From: an uncultured delta proteobacterium
GTDB lineage: Bacteria; Desulfobacterota; Desulfobacteria; Desulfobacterales; Desulfosalsimonadaceae
DNA length: 64,000 nt
Assembly: GCA_963826785.1 (NCBI GenBank)
Contig: CAWGYD010000006.1
Coordinates: 672,001-736,000, forward strand
Direction: 5' to 3'
The first letter of the stretch is position 1, and each line of letters starts with the position of its first letter. Position numbers and translations under genes: made by a program. Under the pieces are notes generated by a model. The model did not search any database, had not been told where the DNA came from, and saw only the letters and a program-made list of their open reading frames with translations. This document shows, piece after piece, positions 43,086 to 54,034 of the stretch.

Positions 43086-43153
43086 TATTTTCTCAGATTT
43101 GAAAATCAAAACCAAACATCTCAAAGAGCAAAATCTCTCTAAATCCCTGAGCA

Positions 43154-44686
43154 CTGATATGGTTGACAGTTGTCAAGAGAAAAAAGTACTTCCTGCCAAC
43201 TGTTTTTCAGCGGTCCTTGTCGTGGTTATATTCCAAGGCACCCAAAGGGGCGGAACCGATAGCGACGGGAGATCACTCTGATATTCGCGGGTTGGTTACG
43301 GCATGCCTTAGCTTCGTCGCGGAGCTGCCTCGGTCTAGGTCCGCGAAGTCGGCCTTAAGGCTTATCCAATAGTGCTTTCAGGGTTCTCCTGGCCGTGGTT
43401 GCGCCCCTATGGCTGCCTTTAAATGCTTTTTTCGTTTTAAACTTCCTTTATTTGCAAATGCGTCCGTTGTAATGGGTTCTTTGTTATGCCGCTACTGGAG
43501 TTTTGTTTCATTGGCGATCGCCCACATGAAAGCACAAAGTTCTCTTGCGATGGCAGTTACGATGACTTGTTTCACTTTGCCTTTGGCCCATAGGTGCCGG
43601 TAGCGTGAACATAGTCGGAGTTGGGCTTTCCATGCAATGTCGCAAATAGATTGTGGTAAGTCTTCTTGCCGTTTGACGATACCCGGCTGACTCTGGCCGG
43701 CAGCCGGTAGGCCAGGCAGCCTCAACCAATACACGCCGCACATGGCCATTGCCGGTCTTGGTGATCGAGCCGCGCCTGATCTTTTGGCCGCTGGAAGATT
43801 CCGACGGCACCAGGCCCAGGTAGCTCATCAGCTCGGCAGGATTTTCAAATCGTTTCAGGTCGCCGATTTCGGCAATCGTCGTGGCCGCCACGATCATTGA
43901 AACACCGCGCTGCTCTGAAGCGCTTGAACGACCGGAACAGTTGCCATTCGGGCAACAGCTGCAGGATCTGATCGGTTAACCGCTGTACCCGATCTTTGCA
44001 CTGGTTAAGGGTGCCGATATACTCCTGCAGGACGACCTGCTGTGACCGGTGGGGCATCTTAATGTCGGACAGCCAGCGCATATGGGCCTGGCTCCGCGAT
44101 GCCCGGCCCGTATAGCGGATGCCGCTGCGAAGCAAAAAGGCCAGCAGACGCTGTTTGCTTTTTTTCTCATCGCCCTTGGCATCCTCCCGGGCTCGTCAGA
44201 TTCTGACGGCCTCGTCCTCAGCCAGGGGAACGTGAACAGCGGTCAGTTCACCGGCGCGATGCAAGCGGGCAAGCATCAGGGCATCCCGGCGATCGTTTTT
44301 GATCTGCTTGCCACTGGGTTTGGGGATCCTGGAAGGAGCCACTACCGAGCAATCGAAGCCCCGGGAAGTGAGGTGGCGGTAGATCTGGTATCCGCAGGGG
44401 CCGGCCCCATATCCAAAATGCAGCCGGTTGCCTTTGCTGACCAATTTTCGAACCACCTTGTCTATTGATGCAAGGGTGCCGTCTATTTGGCCGTAGTGCA
44501 GGATCTCTCCGTCACAGCCGGTTTTCGCAATGGCGATATCGATGGAATTTTTATGGACGTCCATACCAATAAATGTGCTATTCTCTGTCATGACCTGCCT
44601 CCTTGGTTTTGGCTCTGTGTTGGGTGGTTTAAAATGACTTCCAACATAACCCACGTTTGCAAGGATGGCAGGTCTTTTAATTATCA
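43154..44686 (-). mobile_element. IS110-family element (IS1111-type layout) with frameshifted transposase 43492-44591 and long 3' non-coding region
   Basis: IGMDVHK, KNDRRDA, YLGLVPSESSSG, ITKTGN, TAIAREL motifs; ends TGATAATT... and ...TTGACA-N8-CCATATCAG. Confidence 0.85.
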
Positions 44687-44728
44687 ATGGGTGTGCCAAG
44701 TGTGAGGTCAGCGAAATTCATCATGGCC

Positions 44729-44766
44729 GAGAATGGGCCCTCAAAAGCTCGTCGGAGGCCATGATG
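44729..44766 (+). repeat. 38-bp direct repeat, copy A
   Basis: GAGAATGGGCCCTCAAAAGCTCGTCGGAGGCCATGATG; 34/38 identical to 59912-59949. Confidence 0.8.
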
Positions 44767-44782
44767 AATTTCGCGGCTTGTA

Positions 44783-44886
44783 CTTGCCGACACAAATTGC
44801 TCTGCTATCTGTCAACCATTATGTCTAAATCTATCAATCCTTGGCACCCCAAAAACGGCATTACTGCCAGACCCATAGCCGAAGTG
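44783..44886 (+). repeat. Array repeat R10
   Basis: CTTGCCG...ATCTATCAATCCTT...GCATTACTGCCAGACCCATAGCCGAAGTG. Confidence 0.8.
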
Positions 44887-45123
44887 CAGACTCTAAATTC
44901 TGCTAAGAAGGTAGGCTTATTGGATCGGTAACACCTGAATTGATGGGAATGCTTTCGTCTTTGGCCTCTCCGATTATCTCCAATCTCTTGTTAATGGGAG
45001 AGATAGAAAAACCCTTGTGACACCCTTTCTTGTTAAAGATCTAACAATGATTAAAGATTACAGAAAATCCGTACCACAAGATCACAAAGTTTTTGGGTGG
45101 GATAACATCATCATCGGAACGTT

Positions 45124-46419
45124 ATGAGCCAATACAACAATTACCTTAAAGCAGAATTACTCTCCCCACCCCGAACCGCACCCGTGCTGATCTTAATGCG
45201 AAATCCCCCATCGCCCTGACCATCCTTCGGTCTCTGTGCCGCCGCAATGTATCAGTTGATGCACTATTCGGCAGGCAAGGATTTCAGGACAAATACCAAG
45301 TGATCGTCCGGTCCAGCCGGCATATCCGCCGGCAATTTTATTTTTCAGAAGAAGATTACGACGCGGCGTGCTTGGCTGCCTTGACGGCGATAGCAAAAAA
45401 TTATGATCAAAAGGCGGTCCTCAACCCGCTAAGCGACCGGACATGCTGTTTTTGTCTGGTACCGGGAAACACTTTCCCGGCATTATCTTTTACATGTCCC
45501 AGCCCATGACCGTGTTGTCGCACTTCTTAACAAAATCAGGTTTGCCAGACTGGCTGCAAAATACAATTTGCCTATACCCGAAACCTATACCCCGGAATCG
45601 GCTGAAGAGATTGCCAGAATATCAATCATCTGATATATCCTTGCATTCTCAAGCCGGATTGGCGGCAGACGCAGTGGGATGAGATCTTCCGGTCGCAGAA
45701 AGTCGTTGTTTGTCAAGATTCCCGCAATATGTCGCCCATATCGGAAGCGAACAGGAATGGGGATGCGATGTCTGGTTCAGGAAATCATTCCCGGATCGGA
45801 CGATCGGATCTATTGCGTATTCGGCGTGTGGACGAACAGTCCCGGCCATTGGCCGTGCACGTCTGCAAAAAGCTTCGCCAATCTCCGCCCTTGTTCGGCA
45901 ATACGGCCTTGGCCGATCTCTGCATCATCTGGAAGTGGAATCCCTTTATAAAAACATTTGCAATCAGCTGGGGCTGACGGGATATATCAGCATTGAATTC
46001 AAGAAGGACGAACGGAATGGCTGCTTCAAAATGGTTGAGATCACGCCAGCCCGGCCTAATCGCCAGTCGGCATTGCCGTAGCCGCCTGCGTGGACATTCC
46101 CTTTGTCTGGTATCGGTGGCTGGCCCATGCTCCCGTCTCATTTTCCGGCTCCTACAAGACCGGAATCCGATGGGTGAGCGAAGTGATGGATCTGCGATGT
46201 CTGCCGTCATATGTGTGCCGTCACCATACGGAATCTGGGACATCATCGCTTCCTACGCCCGGGTGCGGCAATCAGAAATTCTTTCATTTGGCGATATGGT
46301 ACCCTTTCTCATGTTCCTCGCATATCCATTGATGCGGCTTGCGGGCATAAACTTCGCAACAAGATTCTTTCGAAAAAATTTTCCTGAATTTTTCCAGAAA
46401 TTCTCGCGCAAGGACTTTT
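45124..46419 (+). pseudogene. ATP-grasp carboxylate-amine ligase (D-aspartate ligase-like), multiply frameshifted
   Basis: LVQEIIPGSD, KKLRQSPPLFG, GYISIEFKKDERNG.FK.VEI motifs. Confidence 0.65.
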
Positions 46420-46524
46420 CTTGCCAGCTGGATCGTAATTCTGTCATTTTTGCCCCACAAAAATTAGATCTGGCAATCTTCTGCCATCCAAAAGCCGAAT
46501 TACTATTTATCCATAGCCGTATTC
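46420..46524 (+). repeat. Array repeat R11
   Basis: CTTGCCAG...CCCCACAAA..TTAGATCTGGCAATCTTC...ATTACT...CCATAGCCG. Confidence 0.8.
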
Positions 46525-46677
46525 TCGGCCTCACAACGGCTTTTTTATGATTTAAGTTAATTTGACAGTCCACTAACATGGAATAATGATTGAAACATAA
46601 GTCTCCTTTCGAGTCAAACCGTGCAGTTAGAAATAAATGCCAATCTGAGGTTAAAGGGTGATTCAAAAAGCAATAAG

Positions 46678-47324
46678 ATGGTTCTCTAAAAAAAGTTGTT
46701 ATAGCTGAGGACCATCAATTATTTCGGGAGGCATTGAAGGCGATTCTCTTAGAACGCAAGGACTTGGAAGTAATTGGGACTAATGACGGATTTGCCGCAT
46801 TGCAAATTGTTTCGACAAGCCCTCCCGACCTGTTGCTTCTGGATCTTTCCATGCCGCGCCTGAATGGCATCAGTGTCATAAAGGATGCTAAACGAGTCCA
46901 TCCGGACATTATCATTCTGGTAATTACCATTCATGAATCAAATGGGTATGTGCAGGAAGCATTCGAAGCCGGGGTTAACGGATACTGCATCAAAGATACA
47001 GGAAAGGATGAGTTTCTGATTGCAATCCAAAGTGTACTGAGCGGAAAAACTTACATCAGCCCGGGGGTGGCCGCTAACGTAATGGAAGGTTACCTGAAAG
47101 GGCGAAAACATTTGAAGGAAAGATCTCTCCGGTACGCCCCCACCCGGCGAGAGCGGGAGGTTTTAAAGCTAATTAACGAGGGTTACAAAAGACAGGAAAT
47201 TGTTGATATACTTCATATCAGCCCAAAAACAGTTGAAAAGCACAAATCCAAGTTAATGAAGAAACTCGATATGCATAATGCGAATAGCCCGAGAGAGAAG
47301 ATTGACATCACAGAGGCAATCTGA
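46678..47324 (+). CDS. NarL/LuxR-family response regulator (apparent frameshift at the start)
   Basis: VVIAEDH, DLLLLDLSMP, GY..K; T.RE.EVL...ISPKTVEKH LuxR HTH. Confidence 0.85.
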
Positions 47325-47376
47325 GATTACAGCAACCTCAGATTGCTGCTGATACCCATTTTAAGGGAGGAATGAT

Positions 47377-47544
47377 ATGTTGGGCTGGGCACTTACATTT
47401 TTGGTCATTGCCATTATCGCCGGTGTGCTTGGATTCGGAGGAATAGCGGGTACGGCGGCTGGAATCGCCAAAATCCTGTTCCTTATTTTTATCGTGATAT
47501 TCGTGGTTTTCATCATTATCGGCCGGCGTCCGCCGTCTCCCTAA
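47377..47544 (+). CDS. DUF1328 (YtjA-like) small membrane protein
   Basis: [43 protein letters not shown]; below ORF-track size. Confidence 0.88.
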   Translation: MLGWALTFLVIAIIAGVLGFGGIAGTAAGIAKILFLIFIVIFVVFIIIGRRPPSP

Positions 47545-47624
47545 TGAATCATAGGTCACCTCTATAAATTTAAATTAATTTAAGAATACTGAATGGCGAT
47601 TAGCTTTTTTAGCTGTGCACAATT

Positions 47625-47727
47625 TTCGCCATTTTGATGAAGCAACCTCGCCTTATTACCCGTGAATCTTGGATCTGGCATCCTCAATTGCGAAGAACCG
47701 AGATTACTGTCGAGGCATAGCCGATAT
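47625..47727 (+). repeat. Array repeat R12
   Basis: CCCGTGAATCTTGGATCTGGCATCCTC...GATTACTGTCGAGGCATAGCCG. Confidence 0.8.
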
Positions 47728-47799
47728 ATGCTTGATGGATAATCCTCTCCCAAAGTTCTATTAGAAGGACTCGAGAAAACGTATACGCAGCAATGCGAT

Positions 47800-48237
47800 G
47801 AAGGCAGTCAGAACCAGCACATAGCTGATTGCATGCCCGAACTCCCAGCGCAGGCGATAGCTTGACCAGTCGGGTGGCAGGGTCGCGGGTGTCCAAGATG
47901 CAAATGCCGCATTTACTGGCGCAACCAGTAAAAAAAGACTACAAGTGCTCCGGTGAGGAACACGCTGCCGTCAGCATCAGGCCCGAAGAATTGAGCGACT
48001 TTTATCTGAAAGAAAGAACAGCATCCAAGCCCCTATGATAGCCATAATCTCGAATGGACCGATAAAGTGCCCCCATCCGCGATATAGATTCTGCTGGACG
48101 GCAAGCCAAAGAGGACCATTGAGGGCTAATTTATTGGGCAATTCCACTACGTGAGCCCCAAGTGCGGTCAAAGTAATGGCAGTACAAAGCAGGCTGATCC
48201 AGTATACGATACGAAAAAGCAAGGTCGTACCTCCCAT
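47800..48237 (-). pseudogene. Membrane protein, DUF1772-like (frameshifted; 3' end approximate)
   Basis: AHVVELPNK...VQQ.LYRGW motif. Confidence 0.45.
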
Positions 48238-48288
48238 CTTCAACTGCCTCTTCTTCAGCATTGCATTGGTTCAAGAGTGAATTGAATA

Positions 48289-48738
48289 TCAATCCGGAAT
48301 TTCGGCTTCGACGAGTTTCGCCAAGAGAGGACAAGCGACTCCTGCCAACCCAAATAGCAAGCCTCCGGAGGAATGGCATCGGGCACGCCTTCCTGCACGA
48401 TGTTCAACTCGGTTCCGACAGACACCTCTTTCAAGGATACGGTCACCTGCATTTCCCCCGGCAAGGTTCGGGTCATCAAATTTGTCCGTGTAGCGGATGC
48501 GTTCATGCGGCACAAGTTCAAGATACTTTCCGCCGAATGAGTGGCTGTTTCCTGTGGTGAAATTCGTGAATGACATCTTGTGCGTGCCGCCGACACTGGG
48601 ATCCAGGTGGTGAACTTTACCGGTGAAACCATTTGGCGGCAGCCATTTGGCCATTGCGTCGGCATCCAGAAACGCCCGATAGATCCTTTCGGGCGTTGCG
48701 CGGAGTACGCGGTGAAGCCGGATGGTGTTCGTTGACAT
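48289..48738 (-). pseudogene. SRPBCC/AHSA1-family protein (frameshift near the 3' end)
   Basis: MSTNTIRLHRVLRATPERIYRAFLDADAMAKWLPPNGF; ACYLGWQES in another frame. Confidence 0.85.
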
Positions 48739-48859
48739 GATTCGAGTTCCTCCATTTTGCCATAGTCCATAAAAGCGGCAGATCAGATCTTTATAATAAT
48801 TTGGTTACTGATTGGAGCATTCTTCAAGGATTGGAGAGCGGTTATACAGGCGAACAATA

Positions 48860-49199
48860 AGCGTTCAGTATTTTAAAGATATGCCGCCACAAAGCGATAT
48901 GACATTTTCATCTGCGGGTGGCGAACGCGTCCTTCACGCTGCGATAGAAATCGGCAAAGATACACTAATGTCTCCGATGCGCCGGAAGGGCAGGATGATA
49001 CCGTAATAATGGGGACCCAGACCCATGTATTCATTCAGCCGGACAGCAAAACAGAAGCCGATGGCATGTTCGCTTTGCTTTCTGACGGTGGTGAAATAAC
49101 AATGCCCATGGCGATCCAATTCTGGGGCGATTACTTCGGCATGTGCATCGACAATTCGGCGTCCGGTGGATGATTAATTACCATGAGGTCGAAAAATAA
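48860..49199 (+). pseudogene. PhnB-like VOC protein fragment
   Basis: VLHA.I.IG...LM; GGEITMP; FWGDYFGMC.D.FGV.WMIN. Confidence 0.7.
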
Positions 49200-49255
49200 A
49201 ACGGCATTGCCTGGCATGCCATCTTATCCCTAATTGGAATTAGGAGGATTAAAAT

Positions 49256-49599
49256 ATGAAATTTTTGTGTCTTGCATATGGCGATGAAGAAGGATGGAAC
49301 TGATTGCCGGAACTCGATATACAGGATGCCCTCACCCAGGATGCGATGATACGGGACAGGGGAATTTCATGTCGGTAGTGCAGCCAAAAGTCACATCTGT
49401 AAGAAACTGGGATATGCAACTGGAAATTACCCGCGAGCCCCATGCCCGATCTGAACTTCCACTCGTGGGGTTTTCGGTGATTGAGGCCGAGAATGTGCGG
49501 GAGGTCGTTGAGCTTGTATCAAATATCCCATGCGCGCTGGCAAGAGGCGTAATCGAAATTTGGCCCTTTTGGGATGTTACCCATCCGACAACCAAATGA
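49256..49599 (+). pseudogene. YciI-family protein (frameshifted)
   Basis: MKFLCLAYGDE; GFSVIEA....E..ELV...PCA...G.IEI.P. Confidence 0.7.
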
Positions 49600-49626
49600 A
49601 GTTCGGAGACATCCTCTATGGAGAAA

Positions 49627-50113
49627 TGACATGCAAAGCCGGCAAAAATACGATTTGTCTTTGGTACGATGGCGACGCCGAGGAAGCGGCGCGATTTTAC
49701 GCCGAGACATTTCCTGATTCGTCCGTCGGCGCGGTGCACCGCGCGCCAGGAGACTTTCCCTCCGGGAAGAAAGGGGACGTGTTGACGGTCGAGTTCACCG
49801 TGATGGGCATTCCCTGCATCGGACTCAACGGCGGGCCCGGTTCAAGCACAACGAGGCGTTCTCGTTTCAAGTCGCAACCGCCGACCAGGCCGAAACGGAT
49901 CGCTACTGGAACGCGATCGTCGACAACGGTGGCCAGGAGAGCGTATGCGGTTGGTGCAAGGACAAATGGGGCGTGTCTTGGCAGATCACGCCGATCGCCC
50001 TGACAAAAGCGATCACCGATCCCGATCCCGATGTCGCCAAGCGAGCGTTCGACGCGATGATGCAGATGAAAAAGATCGACATCGCTGCAATCGAGGCGGC
50101 AGGTCGCGGTTGA
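49627..50113 (+). pseudogene. VOC protein, 3-demethylubiquinone-9 methyltransferase-like (frameshift ~49840)
   Basis: CLWYDGDAEEAARFY, GLNGGP, CGWCKDKWGVSWQI, MMQMKKIDIA; locally GC-rich. Confidence 0.85.
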
Positions 50114-50129
50114 CCAGTGCAGCCAAGAT

Positions 50130-50209
50130 GCCGAACCTCTGCACCTGACCGGCGGGGTAAGTCGCCTTCTTAGCGGTGTCCCGCGGCAGGTGAACTTTGT
50201 CATCCAGAC
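50130..50209 (+). repeat. Degenerate canonical attC-like site
   Basis: GCCGAAC...TGCACCTGACCGGCGGG...CCCGCGGCAGGTGAACTTTGTC just after the VOC stop; R' box eroded. Confidence 0.55.
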
Positions 50210-50313
50210 CGCCAACCTTGCCACGAAATGCGTCGCCTTTTAACCCTCCTGAACACTGGACCTGGAACTTCGCAGGCGAATTTCTGGGTTACTGCCAGGC
50301 CATCACCTAAGTG
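50210..50313 (+). repeat. Array repeat R13 (degenerate)
   Basis: CTTGCCA...CCTGAACACTGGACCTGGAACTTC...GGTTACTGCCAGGCCATCACCTAAGTG. Confidence 0.65.
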
Positions 50314-50399
50314 CTCCCCTAATCAGAATACCTTTCCGCTGCGATATGGCCACCATATGCCAGGGTTAATTTGATATGCCCTGGATACCCTGGTGTGAG

Positions 50400-50728
50400 T
50401 CAGGCATGAGGAAAAATTTTCTGGAATTTCATGGCCAGCCCAAAGTCTCCCGATACTTTAATTTTGCCGGTTGTAAAGGCAAGCATCGGGTTCACCGTGT
50501 TATTAAAAAGGCCAAGCCAGGTTTTATCGGCCATCTTGACAGTAACAGTTGGCGAAACATGAATTCCTTTTTCAATTCTTAATGTCCCATTTGTAATAAT
50601 GATTTGATAGTCTCCACCATCTTCGCCCGATAAATGATATTGCAGTACTGCATTTAGTGCCCAGCATCTTCGTTATCAAAGTCTCTTTCCAATCGTTCTA
50701 TGATCTGACTGACTTTTGTTAATTCCAT
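50400..50728 (-). pseudogene. SCP2 sterol/lipid-binding domain protein (frameshifted)
   Basis: Manual translation LSGEDGGDY...NPMLAFTTGKIKVSGDFGLAMKF. Confidence 0.7.
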
Positions 50729-50746
50729 TTTACTTTCCTCCCGGTG

Positions 50747-51936
50747 TTACGTTGTTTCTTTGATCATGCAATTGAAAACCCCAATAGAAGCATGTTAAAG
50801 CCGTCCATTTTTACCCGAAATGGGGTATGGAACTCCCCGGCGGTTCTTCCGGCCTTTCGTATAATCCGGCTTCATAAAATTTCTCCAAAAGCTGAAGGTG
50901 CAATAAATGGCGTTCCAGAGCATGCGGATAATCCCGTTCCATGTAAAGGTTCTTCGGATATTCCGGCCATTTTTTCATAAATCTGTTTCCATAATCCCGA
51001 GCGCATCTGAACATTATGCGCAGACTGCGGCGACTTGGCTCTGTATTCCCGAAGCGCCCGGATATCAATTTTTGCCGGTACGGCGGTCACGTTATCATGG
51101 TTCACTTTGGTAAGGATTTTGCCCTGATAATCGACAATCATGGATTGTCCCCCCAAGAGGGTGTAAGAAGTCTGCTTTTCAACGGTGGTGTAATATGGAG
51201 CGTTGTTCGGGCAAACGAGATAGCATAAATTCTCAAAGGCATGCGATATGGCGGAGGCCTCCCATATTCCCCAGGAAACCAGGGGTTCGGGCCAAGTCGG
51301 ACGGATGATGATTTCCGCCCCATTTACCGCCAGGGCACGAAATGATTCAGAAAAAAATGTTTCAGCACATATTGAAAAACCGATATTTCCAATATCCGTT
51401 TTTGCCACCGGATAGAGTGTTTCCAGTGAACTTCCGTACTTTTCAGTCCATTTTTCCCATATGTCATAGGGGCTTGCCGATCCTTCAACCACCCCGATCA
51501 CGTTTTTGGTGTGCTTCAGGATAATTTCCCCTTTTGGTGAAATCAGGAAGCCCTGGTTCATAAAACGATCTTCTGTAACGTCCGGGTCCACTACTTTTGC
51601 CTGAGCGGCAATGTAGATATCATATTCCTTTGCTTTTCTGGCCAGTTGCGCCGTCTCTTCGCCGGGAATCCGAATCGCAATGTCCCTGCAGTAAGTGGCA
51701 TGATCCATGTGATTCAATTCGTCGTAGAATCCCTGGAGAGATCCTTCCGCCAAGGCAACCAGCTTCACCGCTCCCCCTCCGACAAGATAGGAATTAATGA
51801 ACGCGTTATCGATCAGTTCTATCTGATTTTTCAGGTTTTTCTGGACATCATTCTTATTTGTGCAGCCATACGCCATGGGCTGCAATGCCACCGCAGTATA
51901 GGTGGGATATTCAAGTTTCGATCCTTCATTCATCAT
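50747..51936 (-). CDS. Carbon-nitrogen hydrolase (nitrilase superfamily), frameshift near 50960
   Basis: E (LAEG), K (KHTK) and C (SICAE) triad; GGQSMIVDY.G. Confidence 0.85.
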
Positions 51937-52071
51937 ATGACTCCTCCCGGTTTGATTGAAAATTTCAACGCCCGTTTATTTGACAATGAATTATAATCAA
52001 AGTAAATATGGAGGTATCGGCAAATTACGAATATATTTTGACATTCTGCGAAAAATTTCAGGGCGGGCACA

Positions 52072-53109
52072 TTGAGTCGGAAAGGATCATATCAGGCGAC
52101 GGGCTATTATACTGTTTCGGTCGAATATATCCGCCTTGCCATGAATTATGTCGCGCAGACCGGATTCGATCCGGATCGGATATACAAAAAAGCCGGTTTC
52201 GATGCGTCCATCCTGAAAACGCCTGGTGCCCGTATCCCGCTTGATCAATTCAAAGCCATCTGGGACAAATTGGAAGAGGAATTTCCGGACCCGGATCTCG
52301 GTTTGCATGCCGGCGAAACTATATTACATCTCCCGGGTCACATTCTTTTTCTGCTGATGCTAAATGCGCCCACTCTGCGGGACGCCATTGAAAAATTTTG
52401 CAGCTATTTCAATTTAATGGCCGATTTTGCCACGCCTGATTTTCAGATAGGGAGCGATTTTGCAGCCATCTCCATCCAATTTCATCAAAAAGAGTTTCCA
52501 CTCACCCGTAATCTGAACGAAGGAATACTGTCGGCATATGCCTCTGTGCTCAGTCGCATATCAGAAAATAAAATCCGGTTTAAAGGTGTCTACTTCATGC
52601 ATCCCAGTCCAAGGGACACCTCCGAACACCATAGAATTTTTGGAGCCCCCATCTTCTTTGACCAGGCCGAAAACAGGCTTGTTTTTGACAATGAATACCT
52701 GAGCCTGCCGGTTTTACTCTCTAATAATGAGGTTCTTGAGACGCTCGAACGCACTGCCCGAAAACTCCAGGAAAGACTCTACGCAAAAGGACCTTGGAGT
52801 GAGAAGGTTGCCAGACTGATAATTGATATGATGAAGGGGCAAAAGCCTGAAATCGATTTCATCGCAAGGAAATTGGCAGTCAGCCCTCGAAACCTTCAGA
52901 TCCGGCTGAGAGAGGAGGGGGAGACATATCAGCATCTTCTTGATCAAGTCAGAAAAGAGCAGGCCCTGTATTTTTTGGAAAATGAAAATTTATCGATAAG
53001 CGAAATCAGTTTTCTCTTGGGGTATTCCGAGCAAAGTGTTTTTTCCAGGGCTTTCAAGCAATGGGTCGGTTGCACACCCGGACAATACCGCTCCAAACTG
53101 GCGACATAG
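52072..53109 (+). CDS. AraC-family transcriptional regulator
   Basis: Arabinose-binding-like N-domain; SPRNLQ.RL..EG and LGYSEQSVFSRAFKQW.G.TP..YR. Confidence 0.9.
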   Translation: MSRKGSYQATGYYTVSVEYIRLAMNYVAQTGFDPDRIYKKAGFDASILKTPGARIPLDQFKAIWDKLEEEFPDPDLGLHAGETILHLPGHILFLLMLNAPTLRDAIEKFCSYFNLMADFATPDFQIGSDFAAISIQFHQKEFPLTRNLNEGILSAYASVLSRISENKIRFKGVYFMHPSPRDTSEHHRIFGAPIFFDQAENRLVFDNEYLSLPVLLSNNEVLETLERTARKLQERLYAKGPWSEKVARLIIDMMKGQKPEIDFIARKLAVSPRNLQIRLREEGETYQHLLDQVRKEQALYFLENENLSISEISFLLGYSEQSVFSRAFKQWVGCTPGQYRSKLAT

Positions 53110-53214
53110 CTTGCCAACCCCTGTAACAATCCCGCATTTTCTGTCCCATGAACATTTGATCTGGCAATCCTCTGAACACCAAAATCCGCATTGCTGCCAG
53201 TCCATAGCCGGATG
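53110..53214 (+). repeat. Array repeat R14
   Basis: CTTGCCA...CAATCCCGC...CCCATGAACATTTGATCTGGCAATCCTC...GCATTGCTGCCAGTCCATAGCCG; starts at the base after the araC stop. Confidence 0.92.
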
Positions 53215-53348
53215 GTTGAGTTAACTTGTATGAATTTCTTCGCCTGCCACATTGTGGCAATTCTCTTGACAAATAAACCCTGTAATTCATAATGACTGTA
53301 AATATCTTATCATGATTAGAAGGTTTCTTTTTTCGATAAATTTTCAAA

Positions 53349-53720
53349 ATGAAGTCAAAATATCTCGCGCTTATATTTCTTATGATTCTGCTTGCCACAC
53401 CGGGAGCAGATTTTTATGCTTTTGACGGGGGCGGCGATACGCATCACCATAACCAGGATGCAGAATCTGACAGGCCAGCGTTCAATTTTGATTTCAATAA
53501 TACGAATGGATGTCACAGCACCCATGCTCACCCGTATATTTTGCCGCCTTCAGATGTGAACCGTCGACCATCTTTGCAGTTGGTTATTGCCAGGCCGTTA
53601 ATCCCCGATATCCAGACTTCCTTGCCCCAAAAAATACCTTCCATATTGAAGCTGCAGACTTTTTCTTTCCACTTGCCTCATGAACTTTCGTTTAAGTCAA
53701 CAACTGCGCTCCTGATTTGA
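53349..53720 (+). CDS. Exported His-rich hypothetical protein
   Basis: Signal peptide; HHH and CHSTHAH segments. Confidence 0.5.
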   Translation: MKSKYLALIFLMILLATPGADFYAFDGGGDTHHHNQDAESDRPAFNFDFNNTNGCHSTHAHPYILPPSDVNRRPSLQLVIARPLIPDIQTSLPQKIPSILKLQTFSFHLPHELSFKSTTALLI

Positions 53721-54034
53721 TTTCCGCTTGTATAACCACAGCCGAATTTTCTTAGTTCGGGAATTTGCCTTCAAACGGCCGGCGGCTCTGTCAGCCGTAT
53801 AAAGCCTGCCGATAAATATTTGGTTTACGGCTGCCATAGGCGAGCACGCTCAAGATGAAAAATCAGATAAAGGATTGCAGCAGAGAGCGGGGTCATAAAT
53901 CTGCCCCCCTTTTGCAAAACATCGGATTATTTGCCGGTGATTCCTTTATCCATTCAAGTTCTAAAATCGGCAATGACTAAAACAGAAATATTATCGAGTC
54001 AGATTTGAATATATAATAGAAGGACAAATCAATC

